NCBI GenBank assembly: GCA_951406725.2 | Contig: OX597814.1 | Span: forward strand, 50,034,001 to 50,098,000 | Origin: Octopus vulgaris | Lineage: Eukaryota | Direction: 5' to 3' | DNA length: 64,000 nt | In this document: one piece after another, positions 39,001 through 52,442 of the stretch | Layout of the letters: each line of letters starts with the position of its first letter | Position numbering within the stretch: position 1 is the first letter of the stretch | Made by a program: the position numbers and the translations under genes | Notes under the pieces: generated by a model | What the model saw: only the letters and a program-made list of their open reading frames with translations | Told to the model about the DNA's origin: nothing | Database searches by the model: none

Positions 39001-42000
39001 TCCATCCCAAATACTGTCCTAAATACAGAGTCCATGGTCCTGATCCCAAATATGGATGCACAAAAGACAATGGATGCACCTTATTCCATCCTAAACTGTG
39101 CCAAACTTCTGTGTCACAAAGGATGTGCCTGAACCCAGAATGCAACCACCACCATCTGAAGGGCACAAAACGATCACAGAATAAATATAAACAGCAACAG
39201 AGGAAATTTAAGACAACAACAAGAACAAGATATAACCACGTTTCCCCTCCTACAATCAAACAACGTAGACAGAACCATGAAAAAACCATAACACCAAATA
39301 ACACCAACATGAAATATGTATCCTCCGACCAAGTGGCAAACCAAAGAGGTAACTCTTTTTTACTGACTTACCTAGAAAATATGAAGGCCGACCTAAGCCA
39401 GGAGATCCAACGAGCTATCAGCAACCACCTAAGCAAATCACAAGGACCACACACCCATTACCAACAAGAAAATCATACACACACAGCTCCATACAAGAAC
39501 TACCCTCATTGTTACCACTGAACAACATAAAACATAACTTAGAACAATGCAAACATCAAACTTCCCTTACCTCGACATTCCTGTTAAATGTACGTGGCAT
39601 CAACCCATCAATTATTGCCCAAAATGGAAAGATCCCATATATAGAGAGTTGGCTTGCCGAAACGGCACATTGCTTCCTTTCTTTATCCTTACCGAGACTC
39701 ACCTGAACAACACCCATATGGACGCCGAGGTGAAAATAAAAGATTTCACCATTGCTCGTGCGGATCGCACAGACCGAAATAAGGGAGGGACGGCCATCTT
39801 TATCTATGACTCCTTTTCACTTGATGCCAAGGACATATTTTCCAATGGCTACTGTGCATCGGTATCACTATTCAGCAAGGCCAAGGACATAATCATTGTT
39901 GGTCTTTACAGGCCTCCCCAAGCACCTCTAAAGTGCTTTGAAGAGTGCCTTAGCAAAGTCAAGTCCTTCCTTCGGAAGTACCACTCCGGAAACATACTAG
40001 TGATGGGTGATTTTAACCTCCCTCATGTGAACTGGCCCACAAATACTCTGAAGTTAGGCAAGTGCTCTACATCAGATAGAGCAGCAGTAGAACTGCTCTT
40101 TAATCTGATGGATGAATACTTCCTGTCTCAGCTAGTGCTCGAACCAACGAGGCAGAATAAAACGATCTTGGATCTGGTATTGACCAATCACTCTAGCTTC
40201 GTTCACAGTATTTCAGTTTAAAAAACTCTCCTCTCAGACCACGACATGGTACTCTGCAATTTTAATTCCCGACATATAAAAACCAAACCAGCCAATCCCA
40301 CTCCATGGCACCCATTTGACAACATAAACTTCCACAAAGCGGACTGGGGAGCAATCAGAAAGGATCTGTCTTTCATCGACTGGTCTTTTACTCTCAATTC
40401 CACCCATATTGAGACCGCATGGCAGCACTTTGAAAACATTGTCACCTATACATGCTCTAAACACGCTCCCACGAAATCTACTAACACAAACAGAAACCGG
40501 CTCCCTAAAAAGAAAAAAACACTCATCAGGCGCATCAAAAGACTCAAAAAAAATCAACCAATTAAAATATTCCCACACACAACATCCACATTCATCAACA
40601 ATGAAAAGGCTAGAGCTGGAAAAACTTCATCTGCAGACCGACATGAAAACCTCCATTGAAAATCAAAGAGCTGTGGAGGAACAGTGGATAATCAAAAACA
40701 TCAAACAGAACCCAAAAGTGTTCTATTCTTATGCAAATAAGCATAGAACCACTGTCTCACCCATTGGGCCATTGATTGATGATAACGGCATTCCCCAACA
40801 CGATACTAAAGAAATGTCAGAAATACTGCAGAAACAATACTGCTCTGTCTTTAGTGTTCCCACTGATATTGACGTAAGAGAAGCGAACGAAGTTGACTCC
40901 CAACATAAAATCTCAGACATAACCTTCACTGCCACTGACATCGTAGCAGCAATAAATGAGGTCAAATACTACTCTGCTGTAGGCCCTGATAGATTCCCCG
41001 CTAGTCTCCTGAAGGAATGTAGACACCAACTTGCAGTCCCTCTGACCAACCTCTGGAGAAATTCGTTAGACGCAGGTTATATACCGAAACAGTTTCTATC
41101 CCAGTCGGTCATCCCGGTTTTCAAACAGGGAAACAGATCCCTCGCAGTCAACTATCGCCCAATCTCACTCACCTCCCACATCATTAAAGTGTTTGAAAGA
41201 GTGTTAAGATCAAGGATAGCTGACTTCCTGGAGACCCACAAACTCCTAAATGCAAATCAGCATGGCTTTCGCTGTGGCAGGGACTGTCTAACACAGCTCT
41301 TACACCACATTGAAGATGTACTCAAAGCCTTGGGACAGGTTCGAACTCTGACGTCATATATCTTGACTTCAGTAAAGCGTTCGACAGGGTAGACCATAAT
41401 ATCCTACTCTCAAAATTGGCAAATGTTGGAATCCGTGGAAAAGTTCTACACTGGATTAAGTATTTCCTGGCGAATAGAACACAACATGTTGTAGTTGATG
41501 GAGTCCACTCAAGCCCAGCAAAAGTCACCAGCGGTGTCCCCCAGGGGACTGTCTTGGGTCCGCTACTCTTCATAATTTACATAAACGACCTTTCCAGTGT
41601 CGTACATTACTGCAAAGTGAAAATATTTGCTGATGACACTAAGCTCCAGCAAATCGTCAATGAAGAAGCAGACCGAACTCAACTCCAGTCTGATCTATAT
41701 GCTGTGAGTCAATGGGCAGACAGAAACAAAATGCAACTGAATGAGGGAAAATTTGAGCTGATGCATTTTGGAAGAAATTCCTCACTAAAACAGCCATACT
41801 CTCTTCCTTCAGGGGAAACCGCTCACAGCCTCTAACAATATCAGAGACCTGGGTGTAATTGTTGATGACGATCTCAGTTGGAGTGCACACATCAACAAGA
41901 AGGTCGATATAGCTCGTAGGATGAGTTCCTGGATCTTAAGAACTTTCCGGTCCAGAGAACAAGGTGTCATCATACCACTTTTCTCCTCCTTTGTACGGCC

Positions 42001-42600
42001 ACACCTCGAATATTGCTGCCCACTGTGGTCTCCCCATACAAGACAAAACATCTCCAGGATTGAGTCACCCCAGAGGGCACTCACTAAACGAATTGAAGGC
42101 ATGGCTGCTCTCGATTATTGGGATCGCCTTAAAGCCTTGAAACTTTACTCTCTCCAGCATCGCCGTGAGCGGTACATCATTTGTACGATGTGGAGAATAT
42201 ACCGCCAACTTTGCCCAAACGACCTTAACATTAGCTTCAAGGTTCATCCAAGACTGGGACCACGGGCCATACGTCCCCTGCCCAATTCAAGATCACAGCA
42301 TACATGTACACTGCAACATAATTTCTTTTCCTCAACAGGCCCTGTCCTATTTAACATTGTCCCGAGGGATATCAAAGAAGAAAATGATCCCATCAACTTT
42401 AAACGGAGTCTGGATAGATTCCTTCAAAGAATACCAGATGAGCCACCCATAATTGGATACAACTCACCCAACAAGAACTCACTACTTAAATGGACCATAA
42501 ACAAAACTTGACTTAAACAGGATTCGAATAATCCTATCTGGTGGTGCTATTAAGTTAGACATGGCCTGGACCAATCTTTGGTCGAAACATATCTAAGTTT
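38997..42600 (+). mobile_element. Near-complete CR1/L2-group LINE (LINE-A): ORF1 3' part, disrupted ORF2, intact 3' end
   Basis: ORF1 with tandem CCCH fingers; APE motifs LTETHL, GLYRPP, GDFNLP, LDLVLT, SDH; RT motifs YRPISLTS, QHGFR, GVPQGTVLGPLLF, FADD; 3' end gaaacatatctaagtttt then (TA)n. Confidence 0.95.
39547..42511 (+). pseudogene. LINE ORF2 (APE endonuclease and reverse transcriptase) with several frameshifts and stops
   Basis: ORF-track pieces 39547-40221, 40246-40659, 40409-41392, 41416-41835 and 41921-42511 are collinear EN-RT-C-terminal segments. Confidence 0.95.
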
Positions 42601-42622
42601 TATATATATATATATATATATG

Positions 42623-42654
<32 letters not shown>

Positions 42655-42658
<4 letters not shown>

Positions 42659-42870
42659 CTTTCAAAATGTGACCTCGTGTGTACCGTTGGCGATTTTTTT
42701 CCCTCTGTCTTCCCTTCTCTGGATCTTTCCTTCTCCTATGTTTCCGACGAAGAGCTCCGCTCGAAACGTTATACCCCCCTTCTTTCCTTCTTTCCTGAGC
42801 GTCCAATAATACTATATTTGTTCCACGTCTTCGCGTTGTTGTGTTTTTTTTGTGCTTTCTTGTTTGGATT
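42655..42870 (+). mobile_element. Penelope pLTR-like fragment with minimal hammerhead motif (42740-42774)
   Basis: GUUU-CCGACGA-A-GAGC(ucc)GCUC-GAAA-CG-UU-AUAC; U4C change in the core, palindromic AACGUU stem III; flanked by (TA)n. Confidence 0.65.
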
Positions 42871-42892
42871 AACTATATATATATATATTTTT

Positions 42893-43143
42893 TTTTTTAC
42901 TCTTTTACTTGTTTCGGTCATTAGACTGCGGCCATGCTGGAGCACCGCCTTTAGTCGAAGAAATCGACCCCAGGACTTTTTTGTAAGCCTAGTACTTATT
43001 CTATCGGTTTGGCCGAACCGCTAAGTTTAGGGGACGCAAACACACCAGCATCGGTTGTCAAGCGACGTTGGGGGGCAAGTACAGACACACAAACATATAC
43101 ACACATACACACACACACACATACACATATATGCACACACACA

Positions 43144-43199
<56 letters not shown>

Positions 43200-43280
43200 G
43201 AGGTGCCACGCAGTGGGACTTGAACCCGGAGCCATGTGGTTGGTAAGCAAGCTACATACCACACACCTACTCCTGCGCCT
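42893..43280 (-). mobile_element. SINE family 2 with tRNA-like head
   Basis: Head ggcgcaggagtaggtgtgtgg..ccgggttcaagtccc; tail ggcggtgctccagcatggccgcagtctaatgaccgaaacaagtaaaaga. Confidence 0.85.
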
Positions 43281-43398
43281 ATGTATAATATTTATATATA
43301 TAATATATATAATATTTATATATATAATATATATAATATTTATATATATATATTATATATATATATAATATACATATATATACATATATATATAATAG

Positions 43399-43430
<32 letters not shown>

Positions 43431-43485
43431 TACATATATTATATATCATATTATATATGTATATATGATATATATATCTATATAA

Positions 43486-43570
<85 letters not shown>

Positions 43571-43785
43571 CTCTCTCTATATATATAAATATATACATCC
43601 TATTCTGTCAACGGTTATTTCTAATACTTTTCTCGCTGGATTGCGTATTCGTTTCTCTTCCTCCGTCTGGCTGCTTTTTCCTCTACAAAATGGAAAATTA
43701 CATTGCGGAACATTTATTTTAACGAGTTGTATTTATTTATCTCATGACAAGATACATCTGCAGCTGAGCCAGTTGTTGAGTGTCC

Positions 43786-43830
43786 CACCCGAGAGGAATC
43801 GATGCTAGATGTGTCGAAACAATTGTCGTG
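43786..43830 (+). ncRNA. Degenerate hammerhead-like remnant
   Basis: CAC-ccgagagga...UC-GAAAC-AAUU-GUC-GUG; palindromic stem III and GUC site are intact, 5' core is corrupted. Confidence 0.45.
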
Positions 43831-43895
43831 ATTAATAATATATTCCATCTCCCGTCTTTCATTTACTATATATAATATATGTATGTATGTATATA

Positions 43896-43947
<52 letters not shown>

Positions 43948-44471
43948 CAATATATAATATTTATATATATATATAAATATATATAATATATATATATATG
44001 TAATTTATAATATATATAATATATATAATATATATATATGTATATATAATATATATACTATATGTATAATATATATAATACATATAATACATATGTATAT
44101 ATATATTACATATATGATATAATAATACATATATAATATACATATATATATATATAATGTATAATACATATATAATATATACATATATATAATGTATATA
44201 ATAAATATGTAATATATATATACATATATATTTATACACATAATATATATATATATATATATATGTACATATAATACATATACACATATATATATATAAT
44301 ATATGCATATATATATACATACACACTCAAATAATATATATATATACATATATACATATAATATATATTGTTTTATTATTTGCTTCAGTCATATGACTGC
44401 GGCCATATATGTGCGTGCGTGTGTGTGTTTGTATTACTCTTTCGTTGTTTATTTACAATACATTTTTCATT

Positions 44472-44519
<48 letters not shown>

Positions 44520-44754
44520 CCCACACACGAAGGATGTACGCACACAGACACGTATAATCCCCCCGCATGCTGTCACACACGCAGAGGCGCGCCCATAAAG
44601 TGAAATGCAATCACATGCACAAAGAAACTCTGCGGGCGGGCATGCATGCACACATTCACATACACCCGTACACTCATATATACATATATACACATATACG
44701 CAGGTAAAGTGTTATAAACCGATAATAGTTTTGAAAAACTATACACACACACAC

Positions 44755-44892
44755 ACACACACACGCAAGCACACACACACACGCAAGCACACACACACAC
44801 GCAAGCACACACACACACGCAAGCACACACACACACGCAAGCACACACACACACGCAAGCACACACACACACGCAAGCACACACACACACAC
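44755..44892. repeat. 18-bp minisatellite (gcaagcacacacacacac) x ~7
   Basis: gcaagc recurs every 18 bp from 44765. Confidence 0.95.
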
Positions 44893-45489
44893 AGACTGAA
44901 TAAGAAACAAGATACACACAAATTCACGAGCACACAGCAACTTATACACCAACAAATTTACAAATTTACACAAGTCCACATTCATGCAAAGTAGAGGCAG
45001 TGCTTGCGTGTACGGCTTCCTATAAATCTTTCACTCTCTTTCTCTCTCTCTCTCCTTCTTTCTCAGTTGTGTTCACATTGAGCAACTAGAAATATACACA
45101 AAGACAAGCAACACAAGACACATACATATACACATATCCAAACACACACCCAGGCGCAAACGTACAGACACGCACATGTGTACTACACACACGTCCGTAC
45201 ATACATGGTGAAACAGACATTCATAAATATATTACATGAACCAAACGAGGGAACAGCAACTTGAGCGCCACCCAATCTGCTGGAAGTAGCAGCCAAATCT
45301 CATCCCGTTCAAAATTTTGATGTCTTCGGAAAGCGAAGGATATTTGATAGCATTATCCAATACTGGGATATAGAAGGTTATTTTTCGTTGTCGGTATACT
45401 TAGATCAGGGAAGTAAACAAAAACAATAATGTATACACTTACAGTGCACGCGCAAACGGTCATATGCATTTCCGCCCTCTTTCTGATAC

Positions 45490-45523
<34 letters not shown>

Positions 45524-45624
45524 GTGTGTGTGTATACATACAACATGCGAACACACACATACATATATATTTATATATATGTATACATATGTGTGTGTGT
45601 ATGCATGTATATACATATTTATGT

Positions 45625-45802
45625 GTGTGTGTCTTTGTGTTAGTGCTTGTCCCCCATCATCGCTTTACAACCGGTGTTGGTGTGTTTACGTACTCGTAAT
45701 CAAGTGTTTCGACAAAAGAATTCGATAGAATAAGTACTAGGCTTCAAAAATTAAGTTCTGAGGTCGATATCATCGACTAAGCCCGTTCAAGGCGGTGCTC
45801 CG
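45625..45802 (+). mobile_element. SINE family 2 3' half
   Basis: ggtgttggtgtgtttacgt...gatagaataagtactaggctt...ttcaaggcggtgctcc. Confidence 0.75.
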
Positions 45803-45870
45803 GCATATATATATGAGTGTGTATGTTTGCACTTGTGTATGTGTGGCACCGTGTGTGTGTGTGTGTGTGT

Positions 45871-45913
<43 letters not shown>

Positions 45914-46202
45914 TGTGTGTCTGTGTGTTTGTGTGTTTGTGTTTGTGTATGTATTTCTGTGTGTGTGTGTTCGTCGAAAAACAAAAATTAATCTGATTGG
46001 ATACACACATACACAAACATAACGTGTACATATGATACATACACACACACGCGCACACCTATTATATATATATACTTACAAACCTATGAACATCATATAA
46101 TGACATTAATTAATAAACACACACACACATATATATATATACATACATATATATATATATATCAGCGATAAGAATTTATTTTATTTTATCGCAATTTGAC
46201 TT

Positions 46203-46256
<54 letters not shown>

Positions 46257-46419
46257 TTGCACACACGTTCTTATTTAGCGACAATAGCTGTACGAATGTA
46301 AAAGATACTGACAAACCTACGTATATACATTTATATCTCACGTCTTCACTTCATTTATTCATATATTAATTGATCACACCCTTCTAGTCCATTACATCAG
46401 TTCTCTCTATTTCACTATG

Positions 46420-46450
<31 letters not shown>

Positions 46451-46591
46451 TGTAAATATGTCTCTTTATCTAGCTATCTACAATTCTAACATTACTTTGT
46501 ATCTTATTTATTTTCTCAATCTATTCATTCTCCATCCGAATTTTCCCTGCACCGCACCAAGAGTCGAATCGTATGTATGAATGTATGTATG

Positions 46592-46635
<44 letters not shown>

Positions 46636-46686
46636 ATATATATCTCAATATCAATATGTATATACCTCAATGTCTATCTATCAATC

Positions 46687-46782
<96 letters not shown>

Positions 46783-46799
46783 TATCATCTATATAATAT

Positions 46800-47206
46800 A
46801 CATCTGGAAGATCACGGAAGGAATTGTGCAAAATTTTAGCATTGAAAACTACACCAACGTCAGAACAGGTCGACACTGCGCAGTGCCAAAGATCCCAGCA
46901 ATGCCATCGCGTTTAAGGAACAGTTACTACAACAGCTTGGGTTTCAGAGGCCCCCAGTTTTTTAATATGTTCCCAAAGAGCCTGAAAGACCAATACAAAG
47001 TGGATGCATGTGTTTTCAAATCGAAACTGGACATCTTCCTGTTGAGAGTCCCTGATGAACCTACGTCGCAAAAAGAGGTGCAAATGAGGGTAGCGATATC
47101 AAATTCCCTTATTCACCAAATACCATATATTAGACGAGGCTTTTAATAATAACAGTGTAGTAAAACAGCGGTGCCTTAGCATGGCTGCAACTTTGAGCTG
47201 AAACTA

Positions 47207-47210
<4 letters not shown>
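46800..47210 (+). mobile_element. LINE-B 3' fragment
   Basis: [49 protein letters not shown]; closely similar to 48670-49085. Confidence 0.9.
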
Positions 47211-47251
<41 letters not shown>

Positions 47252-47257
47252 ATACAC

Positions 47258-47355
<98 letters not shown>

Positions 47356-47395
47356 CATATATATACATATATATATCTGCATATATATACGTATA

Positions 47396-47978
47396 AAAAA
47401 CTTAGATATGTTTCAACCTAAGATTGGTCCAGGCCATGTCTAACTTAATAGCACCACCTGATAGGATTATCTAAATCCTGTTAAAGTCAAGTTTTGTTTA
47501 TGGTCCATTCAAGTAGTGAGTTCTTGTTGAGTGAGTTGTATCCAGGTATGGGTGGGTTATCCGGTATTCCTTGAAGAAATTTGTCCAGACTCCGTATAAA
47601 GGTGATGGGATCCTTTTCCTCTTTGATCTCTTTCGGGACAATGTTAAGCAGGGCAGGGAAAAGAAATTATGTTGCAGTGTACCTATATGCTGTGATCCTG
47701 AATTGGGCAGAGGACATATGGCCCGTAGTCCCAGCCTTGGGTGAGCCTTGAAACTAATATTCATGTCGTTTGGGCAAAGTTGGCGGTATATTCTCCACAT
47801 CGTACAAATGATGTACCGCTCACGGCGACGCTGGAGAGAGTAGAGTTTCAAGGCTCTAAGGCGGTCCCAATAATTGAGAGCATCATGCCTTCAATTCGTT
47901 TAGTGAGTACCCTCTGGGGTGATTCAATCCTGGAGATGTGTTGTCTTGTATGGGGAGACCACAGTGGGCAGCAGTATT
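47396..47978 (-). mobile_element. 5'-truncated LINE-A copy
   Basis: Reverse complement of 42010-42600 including the 3' terminus; (TA)-rich on both sides. Confidence 0.93.
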
Positions 47979-48306
47979 TATTTATATACATATATAAATA
48001 CATATATATATACGTATATGTATATATACATATATAAATACATATAGGAGAGTAGAAAATAATAATTAAGTAGATTGCTAAATTGAAAGTAAACTTTAAT
48101 AAAAATGTGTGTATGAAAAATTAAAAAAGAAAAAAAGAAAAAAGAAAAAATTAAGAAAGGTAAAAGAAAAATACACACATATATATATATACACACATAT
48201 ATATATACATATGTATATGCATATATACATTTGCATATACCTATATATATAGATACATATACATATATATATATACATATAAACATATATATATATATAT
48301 ATATAA

Positions 48307-48337
<31 letters not shown>

Positions 48338-48338
48338 A

Positions 48339-48387
<49 letters not shown>

Positions 48388-48427
48388 GATATATGTATAT
48401 ACATATATAAATACATATATATATACA

Positions 48428-49085
48428 TGACGACTGGCTGGGTGGATCCTAAGAACATTCAGAACAAGAGATAAGGAAACCATGATGGTCCTCTGGCAGA
48501 TATTCGTCCTCAGCCGTCTGGATTACTGCTCACAGCTATGGTCACCCACCAGTGTAAAATTAACAGCGGACTTTGAAGCAATCCAGAGATGATTCACAAA
48601 GAAGATCGTCTCTTTGCAACAGACTCTACTCCCTGGAGAGAAGACGGGAGAGGTATGCAGTAATATATGTCTGGAAGATCCTGGAAGGAATTGTGCCAAA
48701 TTTTGGCATTGTAAGCTACACCAATGCCAGAACGGGACGACACTGCATAGTGCCAAAGATCCCAGCAATGCCATCACGCTTCAGGATCAGCTTCTGCAAC
48801 AGCCCGGGTTTCAAGGGCCCACAGCTTTTTAATATTCTCCCAAAGAGTCTGAGGAACTTGCACAAAGTAGATGTGGCGGTTTTTAAATCAAAGCTGGACA
48901 TCTTCCTGTCAAGAGTCCCAGCTGAACCTACCTCACGGCAAGAGGTGCAAATGAGAGTAGCTATATCAAACTCCATTCTTCACCAAGTGCCACATATTAG
49001 ACGAGGTTCGTCGTAATAACAGTGTAGCACAAAACGGCGGTGCATCAGCATGGCCGCAGCTCTGAGCTGAAACTAGAAAAATAAC
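48428..49085 (+). mobile_element. LINE-B 3' fragment
   Basis: [52 protein letters not shown]; ends cagcatggccgcagctctgagctgaaactagaaaaataa. Confidence 0.92.
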
Positions 49086-49451
49086 ACGTATATATATACA
49101 TATATATGCATATGCATTATAAATATACATATATACATACATATATAAATACATATATATATATATACATATATATATACATATATATGCATATACATTA
49201 TAAATATATATATACATACATATATACATATATATGCATATACGTTATAAATATATATATACATACATACATACATACATATATATGCATATACATTATA
49301 AATATATATATACATACATACATACATATATATGCATATACATTATAAATATATATATACATACATACATATATATGCATATACATATACATACATACAT
49401 ACATACATATGCATATACATTATAAATATATATATACATACATATATACAT

Positions 49452-49498
<47 letters not shown>

Positions 49499-49734
49499 AA
49501 AAAGGAGATGTGGAACACGAGTTGTGATATATAAAAAAAGGAAATGAAGAAAATGCTGACAAAATAATTTAAATAAGGGAGAGTGTATTTAATTAGGTGA
49601 AAGTTCTTTACCGGTTGCGCATTTGTTATGCTTATCAAAAGATATTTTTTTAAGAGAGATAGAGTTCCTTTCTGATAGATTTTTTTCTCTTATCAGATAT
49701 ATATATACATATAATGGAGAACTTGTACAAAATG

Positions 49735-50103
49735 TAGTAGGAGCACTCCGTTGGTTACGACGATGAGGGTCCTAGCTGATACGATCAACAGAACAGCTTG
49801 CTCGTGGAATTAACGTGCAAGAGGCTGAGCATTCCACAGACACGTGTACCCTTAACGTAGTTCTCGAGGAGATTCAGCGTGACACAGAGTGTGACAAGGC
49901 TGGCCCTTTGAAATACAGGTACAACAGAAACAGGAAGAAAGAGCGAGAGAAAGTTGTGGTGAAAGAGTACAGCAGGGATCACCACCACCCCTTGCAGGAG
50001 CCTTGTGAAGTTTTAGGTGTTTTCGCTCAATAAACACTCACAATGCCCGGTCTGGGAATCGACATCGCGATCCTACGACCGCGAGTCCGCTGCCCTAACC
50101 ACT
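49735..50103 (-). mobile_element. SINE with family-3 head and a different 3' body
   Basis: 49935-50103 matches 27223-27392, while 49735-49925 is unrelated to 27117-27222. Confidence 0.85.
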
Positions 50104-50220
50104 GTATATATAGATGACGAGTAAAGCACCGGCAAAGTTTCGATTACCTGTTGTCATTGGCGGTTAGGGTAACACTATTAATAAAGTAGGAGATGCAATG
50201 TGTAATAGACTTTATTGGGT

Positions 50221-50260
50221 ACATCGCATGTTTCGACCCGTTGTAGGTCTCTTCAGGTAT
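50221..50260 (-). ncRNA. Minimal hammerhead motif with damaged cleavage site
   Basis: CUGAAGA-GACC(uacaacg)GGUC-GAAA-CAUG-CG. Confidence 0.55.
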
Positions 50261-50528
50261 ATCAATGATGTCTTGAGTCGGCTTACGTAACGCTGTATGT
50301 CCATCAAATTCGAGAATGAGTAAAATCAGTAAAAAATTATTAAAAGGCAAAAAATTCAAATATGAAATTGGAAAGTATACATTTTAGTTTAGAGAAAATG
50401 ACGTAAGGAGCTGTCGCTGTTGTAACTGTTAAGAGACAGAAAAGGAAATAGAAGTTAAAATTGAAAGGAAGATAATACTTATAAGAAAACTTTTTTGTTT
50501 TCGTGCTTAGATACATATATGCATACAT

Positions 50529-50581
<53 letters not shown>

Positions 50582-50914
50582 CACATATACATACGCGCTC
50601 ACACACGCACATCCAAGTATATGGGCATATACATACAACTAGATACACGCGCATATGCACATGTATGGACGAATATATAATGTATATATATTGGAACTCA
50701 AATACGCAGGTACACCCATGCATATATACATAAATATGCGTTTAAAGCATAGATAAATATGTGCATAGATTCGTATGTAAAGCAAGCTGCAGACGTCTGT
50801 GCAAAGCTTGACATACACACACGTGTTAACACACTCGCGTATAAACATATATAAATATGCATACGCATACATACAAATACACACACATATATATGCATAT
50901 ATGTACACACACAT

Positions 50915-50948
<34 letters not shown>

Positions 50949-51079
50949 GAACATATGCACACACGCACACACACGCACACGCACACACACACATACACAC
51001 ACACATATATATATGTAGACGCACATAACATATACATGTACACATATATGCATATACACACATACATACGTACACACAC

Positions 51080-51120
<41 letters not shown>

Positions 51121-51289
51121 TACATATATGGATCTAGATTGCAAGATGATATGTCAAATAGAAGTTATTCGAATAAAGTTCCTGCGTATAAAGAATTGTG
51201 GGCGCCATGTATACATCAAGTTATATATGGTCAGGATTGTAATATGTGAATGTGTGTTTAGCTGCGTGTAGGCGTCTGGGTAATGGTTC

Positions 51290-51635
51290 AAAGAATTTAT
51301 TTACAATGCACTCCTTTGTTAACACTACTGCCTTCCGGGATAGAGTGTTGTAGAGACTCGCGTATCTAAGTATGGACCATGTAATGTCGTATTTTGTCTT
51401 GAAGACTCCAGATAAAATCGGTCAGTAATGTTACATGTCGTTCGAGGATACTTCGAAAGCTGGCCATGTGGTTGTGGTTGCGGTATCAGTTTTTGAAAAA
51501 ATCGGCCGATGCCCCGATATATACTTAGGGGCCTCCTCTAGTGTTTATAATGCACTTGTGTACCACGTTCTTAGTCATACATTGCTTATCCAAAGGACAA
51601 TTGGATTTATCTCTTTTAGTTGTGTTCGAGGTTAG
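51290..51635 (-). pseudogene. Penelope-like element GIY-YIG endonuclease relic
   Basis: Manual translation: NCPLDKQCMTKNVVHKCII..*VYIGASADFFKN*YRNH..MASFR..LTDFIWSLQD..YDITWSILRYA, matching the PLE pattern CPL..C...VVY..YIG..FK.RY.NH..SF. Not in the ORF track. Confidence 0.85.
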
Positions 51636-51689
51636 CGTGGTGCATACGTTTCGGTTCTATCGTGTATATTTGAGTTAGTTACTATTTCT

Positions 51690-51830
51690 GATCGACTCCA
51701 GGAATATTCTTTGTAAGTTTAGTACTTATTCGATCGGACTCTTTCGCCGAACCGCTAGATACGGGGACGTAAACACAACAGCATCGGTTGTCAAGCGATG
51801 TTGGGGGACAAACACAGACACACAAACATA
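51690..51830 (-). mobile_element. SINE family 2 fragment
   Basis: gccgaaccgctagatacggggacgtaaacacaacagcatcggttgtcaagcgatgttggggg. Confidence 0.8.
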
Positions 51831-51845
51831 TATACGCACATACAC

Positions 51846-51863
51846 ACACACATATATATATGC

Positions 51864-51908
<45 letters not shown>

Positions 51909-52040
51909 TATATATATATATGCATATTTATATATATGCATATATATATATGCATATATATATATGCATATATATATATGCATATATATATATATACGCA
52001 TATATATATATATGCATATATATATATGTATATATATATA

Positions 52041-52080
<40 letters not shown>

Positions 52081-52093
52081 TATATATATATAC

Positions 52094-52148
<55 letters not shown>

Positions 52149-52162
52149 TATATATATATATA

Positions 52163-52210
<48 letters not shown>

Positions 52211-52298
52211 GCATATATATATATATATGCATATATATATATGTGCATATATATATATATATGCATATATATATATATATCATATATATATATATATA

Positions 52299-52340
<42 letters not shown>

Positions 52341-52344
52341 TATA

Positions 52345-52392
<48 letters not shown>

Positions 52393-52442
52393 TATATATA
52401 TATATATGCATATATATATGCATATATATATATATACATATA
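51846..52442. repeat. ~600-bp (TA)n array punctuated by TGCA
   Basis: Direct reading. Confidence 0.95.
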
